Of a stretch of DNA of 64,000 nucleotides, positions 58,980 through 64,000 are shown in pieces. The DNA lies in contig BROI01000021.1 of assembly GCA_027923505.1 (NCBI GenBank), forward strand, positions 434,001-498,000, written 5' to 3'. Position 1 is the first letter of the stretch, and every line of letters begins with the position of its first letter. The notes under the pieces were generated by a model, which was given only the letters and a program-made list of their open reading frames with translations, was not told the origin of the DNA and ran no database searches. The stretch is from Mayamaea pseudoterrestris (taxonomy: Eukaryota). The translations under genes were made by a program, and so were the position numbers.

Positions 58980-59242
58980 TTCAATTGATAATGGCTGTGT
59001 CTACGGTAGGCGTGCAGAGCGAGTGGCGAGTCGAATGCGAAATGCGAGGCGAACAAAAAGAAAATGTGAGACGTGGAGTACCGGAGCGACTGCTTGAGTG
59101 ACGCAGCGACTTCATTCAGGCGCACCTCAATCTCGCTGCCGACGGCCACGAACTACCGGTAGCGAGGATCTTGCGTCAAAACTCACGAGACTAAAAAACA
59201 ACATCAATTACTACATATCCTTTTGCGATCATATTAAACCAC

Positions 59243-60487
59243 ATGATGCCACCGAATGACGGCGAGCTCACTGATCAAGAAGAGAAGCCCAAGCAGCTTG
59301 AACCTCGTTCAGCAACTATCGCGCCTAGCCGAGCCATCGCCTACACATCGTTAGAGCATATTGACCAGTCGCTTCGAATTAAGATCCTCCACTGTGATCC
59401 GTCTATTGTTGTAATTGACAAGCCCGGCCGTTTGCGATCCGTGCCTGGCCACGCGCGAAACAACGATTTTGATCCGACCCTTCCAACTGGACCACGAAAG
59501 CGACCTCGCGAGAAGAAATTCGACAACGACGGCTTACTTCCTGGCCAGAAAGCCTGGACTGCGGCAATCCAGAGTTTAGGAAATGAAACGGCTTTACCTG
59601 CACCCAGGGACTTGTGCGACGAGTGCATTACTCGCTTGGGAGGCATTCCATCCCTCGTAGCGTCTACGCCTCGAAAATTGGACGTGTTTTGTCGATACAT
59701 TCATCGCAACAGGCAACGACTAATGGACAACAGCAACAATTATTCCGAGGGACTAGCGAAGGACATGTTTAAGAAAATACAAGAAAAGTATCGAAGTTTT
59801 CTACCTGAAAAAACTAAACTTGAGGACTCAGCTCTGGGTCAAATTCGTCTTTTAGGTCTTTATCGAACGGACCAGAATCAAGCAACCGGCGCAGAGCAAG
59901 ATGATCTATACATCGTCCATCGTCTCGATTGCGACACGAGCGGAGTCATGGTTTTTGCACGAACGCAGGTCGCTGCGTCAGAACTGGCAAGAGATTGGCG
60001 ACTTCGCAATGTTATTAGAAAGAGCTATCTCGCTCATGTGCGTCACTGGCCACCATTTCACAAAAATGAAGAACTTTTTGGAAGCATTGACTTACCTTTA
60101 AAACCAAGCGAGGAACGACTTAAATGGCGAGTCTGCGCGGAGGCTGACGAAGGCGCGAGAGTAAGCAAAACATTGTGGCGTGTGCTCTCACCAAAAGCAG
60201 GTCCATTGGAGCTTGAATTGACTCCTATAACCGGGCGAACGCATCAACTTCGCATTCACTGCTCAGAAATTGGCAGTGGCATAACTGGTGATGCGCTGTA
60301 TTCTGGACAGGCCAACCTGAATGGGCTTGATATTGTTGCTTTGGACGGACCCATTGCAGGCCCTCTGTGTCTTCATGCGCATAGACTTTCCTTCCCGCAT
60401 CCAGAAAGTGGCTTGGTAGTCGAGTTTGTGGCCGAGCCTCCAAGCTGGTTTCGCGACGCTGGTGCGAGTACGGTTCATGCTAAATGA
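59243..60487 (+). CDS. RluA-family pseudouridine synthase
   Basis: 'IDKPG', 'VHRLDCDTSG', 'TGRTHQLRIH', 'GDALY' and 'LCLHA'. Confidence 0.93.
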   Translation: MMPPNDGELTDQEEKPKQLEPRSATIAPSRAIAYTSLEHIDQSLRIKILHCDPSIVVIDKPGRLRSVPGHARNNDFDPTLPTGPRKRPREKKFDNDGLLPGQKAWTAAIQSLGNETALPAPRDLCDECITRLGGIPSLVASTPRKLDVFCRYIHRNRQRLMDNSNNYSEGLAKDMFKKIQEKYRSFLPEKTKLEDSALGQIRLLGLYRTDQNQATGAEQDDLYIVHRLDCDTSGVMVFARTQVAASELARDWRLRNVIRKSYLAHVRHWPPFHKNEELFGSIDLPLKPSEERLKWRVCAEADEGARVSKTLWRVLSPKAGPLELELTPITGRTHQLRIHCSEIGSGITGDALYSGQANLNGLDIVALDGPIAGPLCLHAHRLSFPHPESGLVVEFVAEPPSWFRDAGASTVHAK

Positions 60488-61107
60488 CTATAAGTACAAG
60501 ATATTGAGCGTCACCTCGCGTGCTTGTTATCAACTCTTTACCTAGAATTCATTTTACTAATCTAAAGTAGTCTGACAAAGTTAAATTTGCAAAGTTCATG
60601 GATGGCGCGATTCGCACCCCGCTTCACATGATTGTCATGTACATGGATCAGCCTGGGTTGGTGCACGCACTTACGGCGTCACCACATTGTGTTCATGTTG
60701 GATACACTGTTCCTCCACATGGTTGGTCCGCTGACAATTATTAAAAAAAACTTTGTCACGAATTCAGGACGAGCTTCTTGTGATCGGTGCTCAAGGAAAT
60801 TTGCTGCTAACTGTAAACTTTATAGCTGCGAGACTTCCTCCCGGAGGTAGTCGATGAGCACCCAAGCGCAGTGTGTGCCTTAATCCATTTCGGAAATTTG
60901 ACAATCGAATTAATTCTTCAAGCGGGACGCCGGTTCGAGACAGGCACTAAAGGTTTGTCCCCCAATCCAATTGGTGATATGAATTTGTCGCCAAGTGTCA
61001 TGGCGCTAGTCCCGAAGGAGTAAAGTCGCAGCAACCGAATCTATTTTGCATATGCACTTAGTAAAGCGAAAGCGGAACTGATTAGAGTTACGTCTAGCGA
61101 CTAAGTA

Positions 61108-61980
61108 CTACTTATTCACACCAACGCCGCCAAAAAGGCTTGAGAACCATTCGTTTTCGTCCAGTACCGTGTGACTCTTTGGTCGACTCAAAGGAAAGGT
61201 GAAGTTCACAAGCTTTGGAATCTCGTGATAGCGAATTCTTCGTCCCTTGCTTGCTTTCCTGTCGACTGAATGGTTTGTCGTTTTGTTCCTGTTTTTGTTT
61301 GTAAGCCGCTCCTCTGCCAGGAGTGTATCCGATTGGTTAGCTGAAAGTACAAAGTCTTGCAGCAAATGTTGATATACTTTAGTATCGTCGAAGACATCAG
61401 CTCTATCACTGCTGCGCAGCTGTTCGTGCTGAACAGTTGCATCGACTTGCTGCCAAAAGGATGTATCCATGACGCGAAATTGCACTTGCGCTTTTGCCGT
61501 CAGACCAGCATGTAAACGTACATCCTTGTGTCGTCGATTCAACGTCTCCTTCCAGTCTTCGCGGCATGAGTCATATTCCTGCTGCAATTGCGCATGTAAT
61601 GCAGAGGTATCGTTCGAAAGCACAAGCTGCTTATAGTCGACTGTTACTGCTGCTGCATTATCCGCATCACCGCTTTCCATTAACTGGTTTCGTGCATGCA
61701 GCAATTTGTACAGCAAGTCGTTACACTTGTCGACAGCTACACCACTTGTCGCATCCGCATGCTGCATGGCTCGCTGCAACAATATCCTACACTCCATCAG
61801 GCTCGCAAATAGCTTTGTCTGGGAAGTCGCGGCGACTCGTCGAAGGTCATCCTGCTTGGTATGTTGGCGCTTCCGTTTCTCGACGTGGTCGTCCTGTGAA
61901 TCCAAAAATGAGACTGTATCAAAGATGGATCTGTCACGTTTGATGTTCTTGCGATTAGTGCCGTTGCTTTTGCTGGTCAT
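61108..61980 (-). CDS. AATF: AATF/Bfr2 (TRAUB) ribosome biogenesis factor
   Basis: 'LMECRILLQRA', 'VFDDTKVYQHLL' and 'VDRKASKGRRIRY..IPKLVNF'. Confidence 0.88.
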   Translation of the reverse strand: MTSKSNGTNRKNIKRDRSIFDTVSFLDSQDDHVEKRKRQHTKQDDLRRVAATSQTKLFASLMECRILLQRAMQHADATSGVAVDKCNDLLYKLLHARNQLMESGDADNAAAVTVDYKQLVLSNDTSALHAQLQQEYDSCREDWKETLNRRHKDVRLHAGLTAKAQVQFRVMDTSFWQQVDATVQHEQLRSSDRADVFDDTKVYQHLLQDFVLSANQSDTLLAEERLTNKNRNKTTNHSVDRKASKGRRIRYHEIPKLVNFTFPLSRPKSHTVLDENEWFSSLFGGVGVNK

Positions 61981-62168
61981 GTTGGAAAATGAGCGTGGAC
62001 CCGCAAGTGTGGATCGACTGAAATAATGTTGTTCTGCGAAATCTGCGGAATGAAGGGCTGTGAATGAGTACCGAGACGACACAAGCGATGCTCTCGTCGC
62101 AATCAAGCAGCGCCGCAGCGCGCCAAGATCAAGATCCTTTCTTCACATTTGTTTGAAATCCTGCTACC

Positions 62169-63536
62169 ATGAAGCAACTTTTGGATTGTAGCGGGCACTA
62201 TCTTATTGGAGGCTGGGGCGACAGAGCATTTGTAGGATGTTTAGGTACCTCTCAGATTTATGAGCTCGAGCGATCACCCCTTCCTCCCATGAATCATGAC
62301 ACCTCTGGAGCCCCAGCTGCAGCCACCGACGACGAAGTAAACGCGCGAGAACAAGAAATTCAGGCAGTCGCTGTTTGCAATATTAACAATGGCCCAATCT
62401 GGTGCGCAGTGGCAAGGCATGACAAGAGTCTATCGCTCTACTGCGTTGAGAAGTCTATACAAGACGAAACGTCGGAACGACTCAATCAATCATCAATTGT
62501 CGTCCAGCCTTGCACCACTTACAAGACCACTAAACGAGTTACGAGTCTCTGCTTTGCTTCCATACCCGACGAGAACGATATCGCAAATGACTTGACAGTT
62601 GTTATTGCAGCCGATCTAGCTGGAGATGCTGTAGCCTTTGCGTTGGAACGTGAGGCACAACCATGCGACGGTGCGGGAATCACTCATGATACTGAGGAAG
62701 AATCTGTCGAAGATGCTCGGTTTCGCCGCTTACTACTAGGTCATACGGCAACCATGCTGACTTGCGTCCGTGTCGTTGGAGACGGCGCTCAGCAGCGCAT
62801 CCTAACGGCGGATCGCGATGAAAAAATTCGAGTGTCCTCCTTTCCCAACACGCACATTATTGAAGGCTTTTTGCTTGGCCACGAGGCGTTTGTTTCATGT
62901 CTCGACGTTGCGCGGGAAGACCATGTCACACGATGCGTTTCGTGCAGTGGTGACGGGACGGTGCGGATGTGGGACTATCTAACGCATTCACAGTTGGGAC
63001 AGTTCACCTTGGTGGGCGATGACGGGACGAGCGACGGAGTCTTACCGACACGGGTAGCGATGAACACGAGAGGAAGTACTGCAATTGTCTGTACTGATGA
63101 TCAAGACTTTGCGCAAGTGCTACATTGGAAGGCAGACAACACGGGCTTTGGCCTGCTTATCAATACTATTCATGTCGGAACGACATTGGCCGCACTCTGG
63201 ATTGACAATGAATTCTTCGTGGCAATGTCTAAAGCTCCGCAATGTTTGCAAGTGTTTAGTGTTTCAAGTGACGATGAAGCGAACCACGTTCGAGCTGTTG
63301 ACGGGAGGTTTCCATTCATCGACGCCATGAACAAGTATGCCACAAGCGAAAATCTGGCATTGCCTGCGAGTGTTCTAGAACGCGACGACTTCGGTGTTCT
63401 CAAGATGCAGAAGCAAGAGGAGAAGCGGATCAGTAACACTGACCGAGCCTGGAATGACGCTGGTAGAATTGAGACGGCCAAGGCACGCGACAAGCGTTAC
63501 AAGAAGCGAAAGATTGAGCAAGCTCATGCTCATTAA
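62169..63536 (+). CDS. TRM82: tRNA m7G46 methyltransferase non-catalytic WD40 subunit (Trm82/WDR4)
   Basis: 'ADLAGD', 'LLGH', 'ILTADRDEKIRVS.FP..IEGFLLGH.AFV' and 'SGDGTVRMW'. Confidence 0.9.
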   Translation: MKQLLDCSGHYLIGGWGDRAFVGCLGTSQIYELERSPLPPMNHDTSGAPAAATDDEVNAREQEIQAVAVCNINNGPIWCAVARHDKSLSLYCVEKSIQDETSERLNQSSIVVQPCTTYKTTKRVTSLCFASIPDENDIANDLTVVIAADLAGDAVAFALEREAQPCDGAGITHDTEEESVEDARFRRLLLGHTATMLTCVRVVGDGAQQRILTADRDEKIRVSSFPNTHIIEGFLLGHEAFVSCLDVAREDHVTRCVSCSGDGTVRMWDYLTHSQLGQFTLVGDDGTSDGVLPTRVAMNTRGSTAIVCTDDQDFAQVLHWKADNTGFGLLINTIHVGTTLAALWIDNEFFVAMSKAPQCLQVFSVSSDDEANHVRAVDGRFPFIDAMNKYATSENLALPASVLERDDFGVLKMQKQEEKRISNTDRAWNDAGRIETAKARDKRYKKRKIEQAHAH

Positions 63537-63582
63537 ATAGATAGCGATAAACTGCTTCCCTAATATCATTATAGACTACGTT

Positions 63583-63994
63583 TTAAGTGGCGTTAATAAG
63601 TAGGTGCTGAGCTTGCCTTTCCAACAACTGTTGTTCTTCGCTGGATGGAGGTGGTCCGCGAAATGGCCTAGCCTTGTGAATCGTGATGGGCTCGAGTGGT
63701 CGATCCTCTTCATCAGTGGCTACCATTCCCATTCGTTGAATTACTCCCATGCCAGAGTATATTCGTCCGAAAATACTATGTTTGCCATCCAATGAAGGCA
63801 AGGGCTTGAGCGAAACATAAAACTGAGACGTATTTGAATCTTTCTTGCCTGGATTGGCCATGGCGACTACTCCAGCTCCAGTGTGCTTTAAATGGCGCGT
63901 TACTTCATCTTCAAATTCACCCCCGTAGATACCTGATCCTCCTCGTCCAGTAGCAGTAGGATCACCTGTTTGAATGTACTCGCCCCGAGCGATC
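63583..63994 (-). CDS. Cyclophilin-type PPIase (PPIL1-like), last exon only
   Basis: 'IQTGDPTATGRGGSGIYGGEFEDE...LKHTGAGVVAMAN...SQFY...LDGKHSIFGR'. Acceptor TAG at the window edge. Confidence 0.88.
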
Positions 63995-64000
63995 CTATAG

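Overview
Gene-dense eukaryotic nuclear DNA with short GT-AG introns (mostly 65-120 nt) and several proteins with signal peptide + 'xxF' bipartite plastid presequences. It is most likely a pennate diatom (inferred from gene content, not verified). About 30 protein-coding genes are supported: myosin-ankyrin-FYVE, RNase II-like, Zn-ADH, TM9SF, tocopherol cyclase, prenylcysteine oxidase, MAPK, Mbb1/HCF107-like, two SLC44/CTL paralogs, ISN1, CEPT, MPP10, INTS7, DRP5B/ARC5, ZNHIT2, MED7, hemB, rhomboid, RluA, AATF, TRM82 and a cyclophilin. Four features stand out. (1) A ~1.06 kb TIR-bounded non-autonomous element carries arrays of 30-bp palindromic repeats, between MPP10 and INTS7. (2) A structured non-coding locus with C/D boxes, K-turn and GNRA hairpins and long-range pairing lies between ZNHIT2 and MED7. 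(3) A spliced 124-aa gene, split across two ORFs in the track, resembles KEOPS subunit Gon7. (4) One protein resembles the meiotic factor M1AP. Family calls come from motifs I recognise from memory; no searches were run.
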